Shown: piece by piece, positions 25,397 through 37,728 of the stretch | How the letters are laid out: each line of letters opens with the position of its first letter | How positions within the stretch are numbered: position 1 is the stretch's first letter | Assembly (NCBI RefSeq): GCF_006345805.1 | Contig: NC_043006.1 | Location: forward strand, 85,250,001-85,314,000 | DNA from: Octopus sinensis | Taxonomy: Eukaryota | Length of the DNA: 64,000 nucleotides | Reading direction: 5' to 3' | The notes under the pieces: generated by a model | The model's input: the letters and a program-made list of their open reading frames with translations, nothing else | What the model was told of the DNA's origin: nothing | Database searches by the model: none | Position numbers and translations under genes: made by a program

Positions 25397-25635
25397 AGGC
25401 GGCAAGCTGGCAGAATCGTTAGCACGCCAGCGGGAATGCTTAGCAGTATTTCGGCTGCCGTTACGTTCTGAGTTCAAATTCCGCCGAGGTCGACTTTGCC
25501 TTTCATCCTTTCAGGGGCGATAAATTAAGTACCAGTTAAGCACTGGGGGGGGGGGGCGATGTAAGTGACTTAATCCGTTTGTCTGTCCTTGTCTGTCCCC
25601 TCTGTGTTTAGCCCCTTGTGGGTAGTAAAGAAATA
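25397..25635 (+). mobile_element. Young full-length SINE family A with 15-bp target-site duplication
   Basis: TSD GGTATTGTTACTTCA at 25382-25396 and 25636-25650; intact A-box (tggcagaatcg) and B-box (gagttcaaattcc) like motifs. Confidence 0.92.
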
Positions 25636-26486
25636 GGTATTGTTACTTCATCAGTGACTACACAACCTAAATTTTTAGGTCCAATAAGGCTTGCACAGCA
25701 CTTCACAGGCTCTTTTCACTCTACTGACCATGATCCAGGGATAAGCCAGAGCAAGCTATCCAGTGCCTACAGGGGTTGCAGGTTCAGGAATGTAGGAACA
25801 CCATGATATCAAGCAAAAGATTGCAGAAATGTTCAATGCCATTCACTGCATATCTGATTTTATATCAGAGTGACCTTCTTCTGGAGACCTGCTTTAATAA
25901 AAGCTGAGGGGGTGCCTCCAGCATGCCAAACACCAATCATGCTAGCATGGAAAAGTGAACATTAAAATAATGACGATGATGATAATGATGATGGTTTCTC
26001 CCACACTACAATTAAATTTTCAACTTGTCTGTTTGAATAACTTTAGTTTCATTTGACTTTAGTTTGTTTGAAAATATGGTCTTGGATTATAGGTATTATG
26101 ATGCCTTCCTTTGTTATGTCATAGAATTCTGGTTCCATTGCATCTTTTATTAGATTTTACTTTTATTTATTAGCACAAGCATTAAAGTAAAGGCATGCTC
26201 TGATGGTTATTCCCATCAAGACTGTGTACCTACATTCAAACTTTTTTTTTTTACCTTTTTACTAAATATATGTTGATATATGTACACAATCACGCATGTC
26301 TTCCCTTGGTTATGATTCTCGTTTTGGGGATAAAGTTTCTTAAAACATTGTAGAAAATTTGAGCAATTAAATAAGATGAATAAGTTGAAGCATGGCTTAG
26401 AGGCACAGGCACGGCTGTGTGGTTAAGAAGCTTGCCTTGCATTCACCTAATTTCTGGTTCTCTCCAACACTGCAGCATCTACAGCA

Positions 26487-26821
26487 GTGGAGGCGCAATG
26501 GCCCAGTGGTTTGGGCAGTGGACTTGCGGTCGGAGGGTCGCGGTTTCGAATCCCAAACTGGGCGTTGTGTATGTTTATTGAGCGAAAATACCTAAAGCTC
26601 CACGAGGCTCTGGCAGGGGGTGTTGGCGACCCCTGTTGTACTCTTTCGCCCCAACTTTCTCTCACTCTTCCTTCCTGTTTCTTGTCCCCGACTTCCTACG
26701 CAACCGCTGAGCCTGGATGTGCATTCATCCATCCGTCGATGCTCTCGGTGTCGGGGGTTGACCTGCTTTCTCTTCTGCTGGCCTTACAAATAGCAAAGGA
26801 CCACGTTTCGGACTGCAGCAA
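26487..26821 (+). mobile_element. GC-rich tRNA-derived SINE nested inside a family B SINE
   Basis: A-box TGGCCCAGTGG, B-box GGTTTCGAATCCC; 13-bp TSD AGCATCTACAGCA at 26474-86 and 26822-34; host SINE halves at about 26410-26470 and 26835-27120. Confidence 0.85.
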
Positions 26822-27965
26822 AGCATCTACAGCAAGTGTCTTTCACTATAGTCCTGGGCAATTGAGCCTTGTGAGTGAGTATGGCAGACAGAAAATTCTG
26901 TGGAAGCCTGTTTTATGTATGTGTGTCTTTGTATATGACCACTGCCAACGCTTGACAACCGGTGTTGGTTTGTTTACATCCCACAACTTAGTGGTTAGGC
27001 GCAAGGGACTGAGAACCAGACTTAAAAGTTAATACTGGGGTTGATTTCTTTGAGTAAAACCCTCCACAGTGGTGTCCCAACTTGGATTCAGTCCAGTGAC
27101 TGAAACAAGTAAAGGAAGAAATTTTAATTTCATTTTAATGAATAGCAGTTTAAGTAAATTCAAATATAAAATCCTGATGATGAACATATTTTGCATAAAT
27201 TATAATATAATTTACATAAATTATAATATGAAATGAAATATTTTGTTTGATGTTTTCTTACTCAACAAAAATTTTACTTAACAGAATGCTGACATGAAAA
27301 TTGAAGTTGTCTTATGTGACTTGGTTAGACTTCTAGGCATGCTTCTTTTCTTTGATCATTGACAAGACAATTGACGAGTCCTATAACTCATTGGGGGTCG
27401 TCAGGGCACTGCAGCCATGTAGCGTATCTAGGGTGAGAAAGCCTGGCGGAGCCCATCCCTCTCCAGGCTTGACCCATTTTTGCCAGCTGAATGGACTGGA
27501 GCAATGTGAAGTGAAGTGAAGTGTTTTGCTCAAGAATACAATGCATTGCCCAATCCAGGAATCAAAACTGCAATCTTACAATTGTGAGTTCAATACCCTG
27601 ACCACTTTCGTCATGGCTTAGAGCAAATGTATTGAAAGAAAGAGAAATTCTAACTTGGGTTTAATTCTTATTGTTATGAAATATAAATGGAATAATTAAA
27701 TATAATCATTAGAAATTCCCTCATCTCAACAGTGTGATCCATAACAGCATTAAGCCAATATGAAGTAAAAGAAATTACCAATTTCATACATTCTTTCATA
27801 TTAGATTTGCTCTTTATATTACACAATAGGCCCCTATTCTGGTAGCATGCTCCTCTACCAGGTCCTGTAGCAGAGGGAATTTAACATGGATACAACCAGG
27901 ATTCACAACCAATACAGTGATTTATCATGCACCTAGCACATCCATTTCAATTGTAATACTTCCAT

Positions 27966-28000
<35 letters not shown>

Positions 28001-28002
28001 AG

Positions 28003-28165
28003 GAGGCCCAACCTTCCAAGTTCTTTCACAGAGCTTAGAAAAACTGAAGGATTGCTGTAATAAGTGTGCAGATCTGAGAGGAGAATATGTTGAATAAAAT
28101 CATAATTAACGGATCCTCCTTTATTTTCTTTTATCCAAAGCCAGGAACTTTTCAGCACCCCCTCA
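28003..28165 (+). mobile_element. Mariner-derived MITE, right part
   Basis: Decayed transposase C-terminus (EAQPS.FF...C.K...L.GEYVE) followed by TIR aaagccaggaacttttcagcacccc. The matching left TIR is on a separate copy at 52888-53000. Confidence 0.65.
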
Positions 28166-29545
28166 TGCATACATATATATTTTTACTTTCTAGAATGGTA
28201 TAAGAGCTTGACTTGCAGAATTATTATTAGTCATTTTATAAGTCTGTCTGTGCATCGTTATGTGTAGTTTTTGTCTGTTCCAAATTGTAGTCCCTTGATG
28301 TCTTCTTAGTCTCTAATTACTTATTAATTAATGAAATGAAAAGCACTGCTGGATGACACTTCAGTTCATTTTCTTTTTGTTTTTTTCAATATACTTGTGC
28401 TGTCCAACAGAAAATGGTCTAGCTGTGTTTTATTTAGTACCATATTGATGATACATGTGCTTGGTATAGTACCGTATCGCTGCGTGTGCTTGTTATTTAT
28501 TAGAGTACCAAAAAAACGTTTAAATGCACTATTATTAAATGTGTACTTTATCTGCTTGCGTACTCAGTTGTATGATGTAAGAACTTAACTTTAGATGGCG
28601 CACAAGACAAACATCTGAATGTGTGAATGTGTATGTTGCAGATTTTAATTATCAATCTTTCTGTTTACATAATTAATTATTTCTCTTGTTCAAGATGTCT
28701 TCTTTTCCAATTGAAAATTTTCCATGACTCATCCAAGAATTTAAATAAAAAAAAAAAATTTTATCTTTACATATATAAATTGAGAGAAAGTGTCTACTTT
28801 CCTTGGATTCCATTTTATCTTTTTATATAGGGAGAGTTTACAAAACTCATATATAGGGAGAGTTTACAAAAAAAAAACAAAAGATGAAGACAGGTGGTGT
28901 ACAAAACAAACAGATGTATTAGTATAATGCTCAGGAATAGAAAAAGTCTTTTTGCTTCGAGCCTACACTCTTCTACAGAAAGGGACACAGAAAAAACAAG
29001 GAGCTATTTTTGATAAGAATTTCTAAAAAAAATTTTAACGGATTCTGTGGAACTATATTTTCAAGTGTTTATATTCATCTTGGAAATTTTGGTTTTAGAA
29101 TCTCCTAGAAAGGGAGTTTTAGGATCTTTGAGAAAATAATGGATTTAGTCATTATGGTGAATCCAAATTACTTTTTATGAACTATTTTAAACACTTTTTG
29201 TTACATTACTGTTGAAATGTACTGCATTTGTTTCAGTAAACTTTGAACAGGGGAATTGTTAGCCTGCTTACCTCGCCAGTGGGGTGAGATCATTTGATGG
29301 CTAAAAACAATGCAAAGCACATTGTGATCAGTGATGTATAACAATCACTAATAGTCTGGTTGATCACATGATATCTGACAGTAGCTTACAAAGATTAGCA
29401 AGGTGATAGCTCTCCCCCTCCGCTATGTATGAAGGCGATGGATTTGCATATTCTGACACTTTATATGGTATTTACCAATATGACACTTTTTTTTTAAATT
29501 GTTAAATGTATTTTTTAAAATGACCCTACATGAAATGAAATCATA

Positions 29546-30440
29546 CAAAGTGGTATCAAAAAGTTCCAGGACTATTTGTTTGATAAAAAAATAACTTATT
29601 TACCTAAATTTTAACATCATCTCCTTCAAAATAGTCATCTTGGACAGCAATACATCAGTCTCGGCATTCCTGCCATTTTTGGAATCTGACCTCGAAGTTG
29701 TTTTCCATAAAACAGTCAGGGACCTTCTGCGATTTGCTCTAGATCTCAACAATGTCAAAATGGCAACCTTTGAGCAGCGTTTTCATCTTGGGAAAGTGAT
29801 GGAAGTTCACTGATGCTAAATCTGGTGAATAGGGTGAGTGCGGAAGCAATACGATATTGTTTTTGGCAAGAAACTCATAAGTGAAGAGAGCTTGGTGACA
29901 GAGTGCATTGCCATCATGAAGTATCCAATTCTCCACACTCCATAGATTCAGCCACTTCTGCTGAATATCCTCCCCCAAATGCTTCAAAACATCATAGCAG
30001 ACCTCTCGATTGATGGTCTGACCCTAGGAGACAAATTCTCAATGCACAATACCACATTTCTAGGGGTGATGCTTGTGGCAGGTCTTCCAGGTCGCTCATC
30101 ATCTTCCAGGGACATTCTTCTGCTTTTGAACCACATATGCCATTCAAAACGTTGCATACGACCCATTGCCTCATTGCCGTAAGCTTGTTGAAGTGACTGA
30201 AACAAGTAATGAATAGCAGTAAATTCAAGCATAAAATCCTGAAGATGAACATATTTTGCATAAATTATAATATGAAATGAAATATTTTGTTTGATGTTTT
30301 CTTACTCAACAAAATTTTTACTTAACACAAAATTTCATGTTGACTCTTTCTTCCAATTACCTGTCCATGACAAAATCACAGACGACAGCATACATGTGAT
30401 CACAAAAACACAAATTTCACAACTTGTGAAATAAACACAG
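29546..30440 (-). mobile_element. Internally deleted, inactive mariner (Tc1/mariner DD34D) transposon
   Basis: Minus-strand peptides AYGNEAMGRMQRFEWHMWFKSRRMSLEDDERPGRP (HTH), GIVH*EFV..GQTIN and ILHDGNALCH...PHSPYSPDLASVNF..FPKMK. TA + TIR-like cAAAGTGGTATCAAAAAGTTCCAGGACT at 29544-29573. The other TIR was not found. Confidence 0.88.
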
Positions 30441-31699
30441 TAATATCATTCAGCACACTGCCTCAAGAAGGTCACTGCTAGCTCCCACTGCACATGCAAC
30501 CATGTACTTCCCTCTGTTGGCACACTACAGAACTAGTCTGGGAAGTTTTTGACACCACATGGATGAGAGACTTAAGCTGGATGAACTTAGGTCCACACGG
30601 CACAATGACTGTTACTAATAATAAAATATTGCTTTCAAATTTTGGCACAAAGCCAGCAATTTCAGGAGAGGTGTAGACCAATTAGATTTACCCCACTGCT
30701 CAACTGGTACCTATTTTATCAACCCTGAAAGATGAAAGGCAATGAAATGCCACTAAACATTTTGCCTGGTGTGCAAACAAGTCTGCCAGCCCAACACCTT
30801 TCTAAATAATAAAACATTGAAAGCAAATCAAAATATCAGTCTGATAGCTCAAACTCAGGAAAACTTGCTCATAGTAGGCCAGTAGTTATGTGTTGAGGTC
30901 TCGTTATCTCTCTAGATCTCCCACTATACATAACTTGTACCTGATATACGTCTTGCATGTAAAAAAACATTTGTTTATTATCTCATTGAAAAATTCCAAA
31001 GTTCTCTAATTCTTCACATCTACAGTTTTAGGTTCTTTATTTTCATGTTTTTTTTTTATTGGATTAAATCCTAAAATTCTTTGGATTGTTTCTCCTCGGT
31101 ACTACTACAACTACAATCACATCTGCCCCAGGAACATACATTTTCCAATACTGTCACCTCTGTGTGTGTGTGTGTGTATCTTTCTATGTGCGAGTGTGTG
31201 TCAGCATACAGAGTCTAAGGGAGATAATTCAGAGCAGGTCTAGTTATTTTATACGTCTTGACATATATACGCCCTCTATTCTCTTCCTTTTGTTATTTTT
31301 GATAAACCACTTTTACTAATTAGGGTTTTAGTGTTTTCTTTTATTCATATCATTAGTATATTATTAAATTGATTCTGGTGCATAGCTTAAGGTTACTAAA
31401 TCCATTGAATGTTACTATTATCTCCCCATGATTCCATTAAAATGATTACTCAATAAGTTGTACCATGATCTAAAACTGTATGTTGAAACTGAAGCAATAA
31501 AAATAACATCACAGGAAAACCATTATAACCATCTAAAGACACATTATATTTCCATCACACAACTGGAAAATGGGTCACTAATGCAGTGAAACTATGTGAA
31601 TGACAAGGTTTGCAGTTGTACTTTGAAAATTTTGATGGAAAATGGAAATTTTGCTGTCTTCATACACATGAAGACAGCAAAATTGCCTTTAGATAATTT

Positions 31700-31925
31700 C
31701 TTTAGATAGCTATATAATTATCTAATTATAGCTATATATAAATGAATATATATTTATATATATATATAAGTTATATATATAAATTATAGCTATATATTAG
31801 CTATATAAATTATATATATATAATATATATATATATATTATAGCTATATAAATTATCTAATTTAGATAGCTGTATAAAACATCTAATTTAGATAGCTATA
31901 TAATTATCTTTAGATAGATATATAA
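31700..31925. repeat. AT-rich low-complexity repeat built on TAGCTATATA units
   Basis: atagctatata recurs at least six times among TA runs. Confidence 0.75.
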
Positions 31926-32204
31926 TGGTTCTGGCACAATGTAATTTAATTGCTTGATGTTTTTTTATCTTTATCACTACTATTATAATTCCATTTGTTT
32001 TGGGTGTTTTTTTTCTTTTTTGGTCGGGAAATGTTTATTTTTGTTATTTTTTAAGTACTAGTAAATACTCATGATTGCAGTCTGAACAATTTGCATTGTG
32101 ATTACTAAATTCCTTGCTACTACTACTACTGTTCTGTTTTTTCACTGTGGCTGCATGCTCTTATAGTTTAGCCTGATTTTTGTTCAATTCCTGTTTGTTT
32201 ACAG

Positions 32205-32333
32205 ACCTTGATCTAACGCCCACGGAGGGCAGCTGTGACTGCGACAAATACTTCACCATTCCTCGTAACAACAGCGATATGGTCAGTGCCTACAAGGCCG
32301 AGGTGGTAAATAAGCGGCCTGCATCCACGGCAG
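32205..32333 (+). CDS. MTSS1: MTSS1/MIM-like coding exon C (DLDLTPTEGSCDCDKYFTIPRNNSDMVSAYKAEVVNKRPASTAG)
   Basis: Acceptor ctgtttgtttacAG (32203-04), donor CAG|GTGTGT (32334). 129 nt, phase 1/1. DKYFTIPRNNSD..SAY...KRPASTAG matches MTSS1 DKSSTIPRNSDISQSY...KRPASTAG. Confidence 0.93.
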
Positions 32334-32544
32334 GTGTGTTTTACTATTTCAGGAAAGTTTCTGTATCATCCGTCACTCAGCAATGTCAATTTGTCAACTG
32401 ATATTTCTCCACAAAAAAAAAAAAAGGCAAAGAATAGAAAGAATGATTCACCGTACCTGACGTTGGCACCTCTGTAACCTTTTGATTCCCTACTTTCGTT
32501 TCTTTGTTTTAGTTGTTTGTTACTTGCAGCCTTATGTAATAACC

Positions 32545-32675
32545 ATTATTTGTGTATGTAGGAATATATATATATATATGTATGGATATGTGTGTATATC
32601 TATATATGTTTTTATATATATCTACATATGTTTATATGTATGTGTGTATATATATATATATATATGTTTATAATG

Positions 32676-32713
<38 letters not shown>

Positions 32714-32723
32714 ATAATGTATG

Positions 32724-32754
<31 letters not shown>

Positions 32755-32766
32755 TTATAATGTATG

Positions 32767-32802
<36 letters not shown>

Positions 32803-32822
32803 CACACACACACACATACACA
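32545..32822. repeat. Compound (TA)n array with higher-order unit gtt(t)ataatgtatgtatata
   Basis: Unit seen at about 32666, 32711 and 32753. Confidence 0.85.
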
Positions 32823-33159
32823 GTGTCTTCTACTAATGGAACATATATAGTTTCTAATACACATATATAATAATTACCAGCGTATGTTTCCTTATTATAA
32901 GACTGTGTGTGCGTGTGTATGTATATATATATATATATTCAAGCAAAGACAATGACTTTCACAAAACTAATCTTGTCCTCTTTTGCATCCTACAAAAGGG
33001 ATTAAGATTAGATTTGTAAAACTCATTGTGACTTCTTTTGTTCTCTTTTTTTTCTTTTCTTGAAAATATATCTGCTCTGCATTAATTCGTTAATGCTGTG
33101 AATATTTTACCTCAAATTGTAATTTTCCTCCTCTTTTGAACAAAAATATACAACTATTA

Positions 33160-33180
33160 GCATATATGTATGTGTGTGTG

Positions 33181-33226
<46 letters not shown>

Positions 33227-33327
33227 GTGTGTGTGTGTATGTCTATGTATATGTGTGTGTATGTCTATGTATATATATATGTGTGTATATATATATGTAT
33301 ATATATGTGTATATATTTATATATATA

Positions 33328-33396
<69 letters not shown>
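33160..33396. repeat. Compound (TG)n/(TA)n microsatellite
   Basis: Direct read. Confidence 0.92.
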
Positions 33397-33400
<4 letters not shown>

Positions 33401-34392
33401 GCATGTTTTTGTTCAAAATAGTCAAAATAGGGGGAAATCCATATGTACAAATAGAAGACATTGGGCTTAAAATTTTTGTTATATAGTCTGTGTCAGAAAA
33501 CTTTAAGACCATTGTTCTAGCAGACCATTTTTATTTTTGCATATCTGTCATTTCATTTTTTTTTTTTTTTATTTACTATCAGTACAATAATTATTCATAA
33601 CATTACTTTCTATAGTGTTACTTTACAATATATATGTTTAGTGTTGTTGATTGTCAGTGAGAAGACAGAGACCTCAACCTCAATGCTATGGCAGAGATTA
33701 ACGTCTTTTTTTTTCTTTTTAAGTTAAACACTTTTTGCCTGTACACCTGTACACATAGTAAGTCTCACTTACTATGGAACATAGGCTATCAGTGACATTT
33801 TACGACTGTTCTTGTTGATTTTGAACTGTCACGAATGCTTTTGTAACTTTGATTTTTTCAAGGTTGGTCCTACACAAACCCATTTTTACATCTGGGAAGA
33901 AGCAGTCCATATTAGTCTGTCCTCTATTCTTTGACCTGTCCAGTGTGGTAGGCCGTACTGGCATAGCTCTCAGAGTTTATTGAGATACTCAAGCCACTAT
34001 ACTGCAATAAGGATTGGACCTTGTGGCAGAAAATATGGCAGTAGATTGGCAAAATTGTACAGTGTCAGACAAAAATATCTAGCAGTACTTCTTACTTCAC
34101 ATCCTGAGTTCAAATCCGACCAGAGTCACCTTCACTTTTCATCCTTTATCAATAAAATAAAGTACAGCTCAAGTACTGGAGTTGGTGTAGTGGACTAAAT
34201 GCACCTTGCCTTGAAATTGCCGACCATTTACTTAAATTACAAACAGTTGTATATAGACTATTTCTAAAGTAAAGCTTTGCCATCTTTCTAATGTAATATG
34301 ATACTTTAGTCAAAATGAAGTGTGAGTTGACTTTGTTTTTATTTTATCATTTTTTTAATATTCTTTATTTGTTAATATGGGACATGAGTTAA

Positions 34393-34593
34393 CCTTTTAG
34401 CATTTAAACCAGTTATATCCAACCCAAATATTTTACCCAAGATCTGGCCTCTCACACCTACCCTACAATGTCATACTAAAAGTATACAACCACATCATCA
34501 AAATTTCAAAGCTATGAGATAATGCATGGGTAATTTAGAACAATGGGAATAAATAAGCATTGCATTTGACAGAATAATCTGAATGCTAAATGG
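34393..34593. mobile_element. piggyBac-type MITE (subfamily 2)
   Basis: TTAA 34389-92 and 34594-97; ends CCTTTTAGCATT...AATGCTAAATGG. Relatives at about 6750-6971, 40239-40442 and 52418-52637. Confidence 0.75.
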
Positions 34594-34949
34594 TTAAGTT
34601 AAACACCACCACAAACATTTCTCCCGCCAAACAAGTTGAAAATAACATTTCTTTTCTGTACCCATCGTGAATACATTTTGCTCTGATGTAATTTGCATGT
34701 TAGCTACTGCAGCTCTGAAGCATCCTTTCATCTTGCAATCTCCATGCATGCAGCGCACATGTAATCATTTTAAATTCATTAATGGTAGAGCTTCATTGGA
34801 ATAATGCAAGGGAACTAAAGATTATGATATGCTGCAAATTAGCTCCCTGCCATGTAATCTAAGTTGGCTTTCTGATGAATCATATCAAGACGGTTAAAAT
34901 AAGACAAGGACCAGGCACAAAGCTTTCGCAATATAGAAGTCCTCCAAGA

Positions 34950-35335
34950 CAGCGAACTAGCAGAAACGTTAGCATGCCAGGCAAAATGCTTAGCAATATT
35001 TCGTCTGTCTTTACGTTCTGAGTTCAAATTCCACTGAAGTCAACTTTGCCTTTCATCCTTTTGGGGTCGATTAAATAAGTACCAGTTATGCAAAGGGGTC
35101 TATATAATCGACTTAATCCGTCTGTCTGTCCTCTGTGTTTAACCCCTGTGGGTAGTAAAGAAATAGGTATTTCCTCTATCTTTACATTCTGAGTTCAAAT
35201 TCCACCGAGGTTGACTTTGCCTTTCATCCTTTCAGGGTTGATTAATCAAATACCAGTTGCATACTGGGGTCAATCTAATGGACCGCACCCCCCAAAAAAA
35301 AAAATTCCAGGCCTTGTGCCTAGAGTAGAAAAGAA
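34950..35335 (+). mobile_element. Head-to-tail dimer of SINE family A
   Basis: The first copy ends gggtagtaaagaaatagg; the second begins at the internal tatttc.tct.tctttac site. Confidence 0.85.
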
Positions 35336-36138
35336 TATGGAAGTTCTTCATATATTTTTCAGCTAATAAAATATCATGCAGCATTAAGGCAGTGATCTGG
35401 GGGAAGTGTTGGGATGCTGGGCAAAGATGCTTAGAAGTATTTCATCTGTCTCTATGTTCTGTATTCAAATTCTGCCTAGGTTAACTTATCCTTTTAAAAA
35501 TCCTTTTAAAAGAAGCTTAAATCTTTGTTATTAGCAACAATTTATCAACCATTTTCCATTTTCCAGAAAGCCCACTTCATTGCTCTGGCATTTCACAAAT
35601 CACAGCATAATTACATTTTGACCTCCATCATTAGTACCTCACAGAATAAAGCTCGTTAGCGACCATCACCTTCTCAGCTTTGTAACTTCTCCTTTCAGTG
35701 TCTCTTTAGTACTTGTTACTTTTACTTTCAGCATCTCTCCAATGGTTGTTACTGTCATTTGCTTTCACCATCTTCTAAGAGCATATGACTGGCCTTCACC
35801 TTCATTTCTCTAGCATTTGTCACTGACCTTAACCTCTTATCACTAACCATTTATCACTAACCTTCACCTTCATTTGTCACTAACCTTCACCTTCATTTTT
35901 CTAGCATTTGCCAATGACCTTCACCTTCATTGCTCCAGCACTAGTTCCTGACTGTCACTTTCATCTCCCCAGTGCTTATTACCAACTTTCTCCTTCATCT
36001 CTTCAGAGTGTATTTCTGACATTCAACTTCAACATCTCCAAAGCATGTTACATCATGAAACATAGATACCTGGGGTAACTAGTATTACACCCATGTATAT
36101 AGCCATACATCACCAATGGTGGACCTCTCTCTCTCTCC

Positions 36139-36420
36139 TTTAATTCTTTCTGACTTCATGTGAAGCATAGGATTTGGACAAGATATCTCCATCTGTCTCG
36201 ATCTCTGGTAATGGATTGCAGTTGTAGTGGCCTGTCACTGCTTCAACTTCTGTGGACATTCCCCATGTTGATTTTGGTCTGCCATGCTTCCATTTCCCTT
36301 GGGGTCTGGTTCTGAACAGCTCCTGTTGTTCCTTGTTCTCAATCATGTGGTTGTCCTTGATGCAAGACAGTTGCTCCGCATTGTAGCTTCCTTTCTGCTT
36401 ACACTACATTGCTTCATATG
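36139..36420 (-). mobile_element. RTE-clade LINE 3' fragment
   Basis: Minus-strand RPQGKWKHGRPKSTW, then frameshifted QSITRDRDRWRYLVQILCF; matches the RTE C-terminal P.GKR.RGRP..TW...A.DR..WR.LV..LC pattern. Confidence 0.7.
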
Positions 36421-37469
36421 CAGTCTCTGAGGATTACTTCCCCTTACCAAGACTAGTTTCAACAGCCTTTCCACCCTCCTCCTTTTTCAACCATGCTTGA
36501 GAACAGCTATGGTGGGGTTAGACCTCTATATATATAGCACTTATTTTCATTTTCATGTATCAAATAAATTTATTATATAATAAGTATTTAGTCCATATCA
36601 TGATAATAACGCTAAACAAGAAAACTTTTTTTTTTACTTAAAAATGTTTTTAAAAAATAAATGTTCTTTCTTTTTTCCTCTGAAATCATTTTGTTTTAAC
36701 TAAGTTCTAATGTAAATGAACAATTTTTAATGCAAATATTTACCTTTTTGCATAAGGCTGACATGTTTTATAAAAACTTGTAACTCCCATTGTTTTTGTT
36801 TTTTTCTCTCTCCTGTATCCTAATCATGGTTTATGTGCTGGCTTTTTTTTCCTTTTGTGTGTGTTTACTGTTTCAATTTAAACACGTTTTTATATGCTTT
36901 TACCCAAGCAATAAGCATGATTCAATGCTTTTGTCCTTTCATTTTGTTCCATTTTGTTGGTTTTTCTTCCATGTTTCCACATTAACTTAACCCTCCAACA
37001 TTTTTCTATTACCATTTAGACTTTCATGCTTCTTCACAGCTTTTTTATTTATCCCATCACTACCACCACCAATTGTTTTATTAACTTTACTCACAGGTTT
37101 TTTATTTGATAAACCACCAGGGAAGTAAAGTGGTTAACCAAGTTAGCATTCTGTTAGGTTTCAGCACTATTTAACAATCAAAAATTGTAATAAAAAAAAT
37201 TTTTTAAATCATCTTACTGTACAGAGTAAATATTTCAGTTTTATACGTATTTAAACTGGCAACATTTATACTAAATTCAATGTAGGATTTTAGTTTCATT
37301 TTGCAAAACAGATCAATTTTGATTTGTTTCCATATGTCTGTTGAAATACACTTCTGTTTGTTTCAATTAATTGTGATAATAAAAGCTGTATTAACATTAT
37401 ATAATCAGTGTTTGGAAGAAAAATGGACATGAAATTTTGATGGAAGGATTTAATTTAGCTCACTTGCCA

Positions 37470-37728
37470 CTGTTTGCCAGTGCCACTGGACTGGCTCCTG
37501 TGCAGGTGGCACATAAAAAGCACCATTTGGGCATGGCCGTTGCCAGTACCACCAAACTGGTCCTCGTGCCAGTGGCACGTAAAAGTACCCACTACACTCT
37601 CGGAGTGGTTGGCATCCAGCTGTAGAAACTCTGCAAGATCAGATTCGAGTCTGGTTCGCCAGACCTCAGTCAAATCGTCCAACCCATGCTAGCATGGAAA
37701 GTGGATGTTAAATGATGATGATGATGAT
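37470..37728 (+). mobile_element. RTE-tail element (family D) followed directly by a piggyBac-type MITE (37731-37947)
   Basis: gtggcacgtaaaagtacccactacactctcggagtggttgg...aacccatgctagcatggaaagtggatgttaaatgatgatg. Confidence 0.8.

Noticed and set aside
26496-26570. tRNA-like sequence with A and B boxes (also the heads of SINE families A, B and C)
   Set aside because: No complete cloverleaf; each continues into a SINE body with TSDs.
26487-27032. 181-aa ORF
   Set aside because: It spans a nested SINE and its host SINE; no protein features.
28826-29000. Possible Penelope-like terminal fragment with a short direct repeat (tatagggagagtttacaaaa twice)
   Set aside because: The resemblance is from memory only; no RT or GIY-YIG sequence is adjacent.
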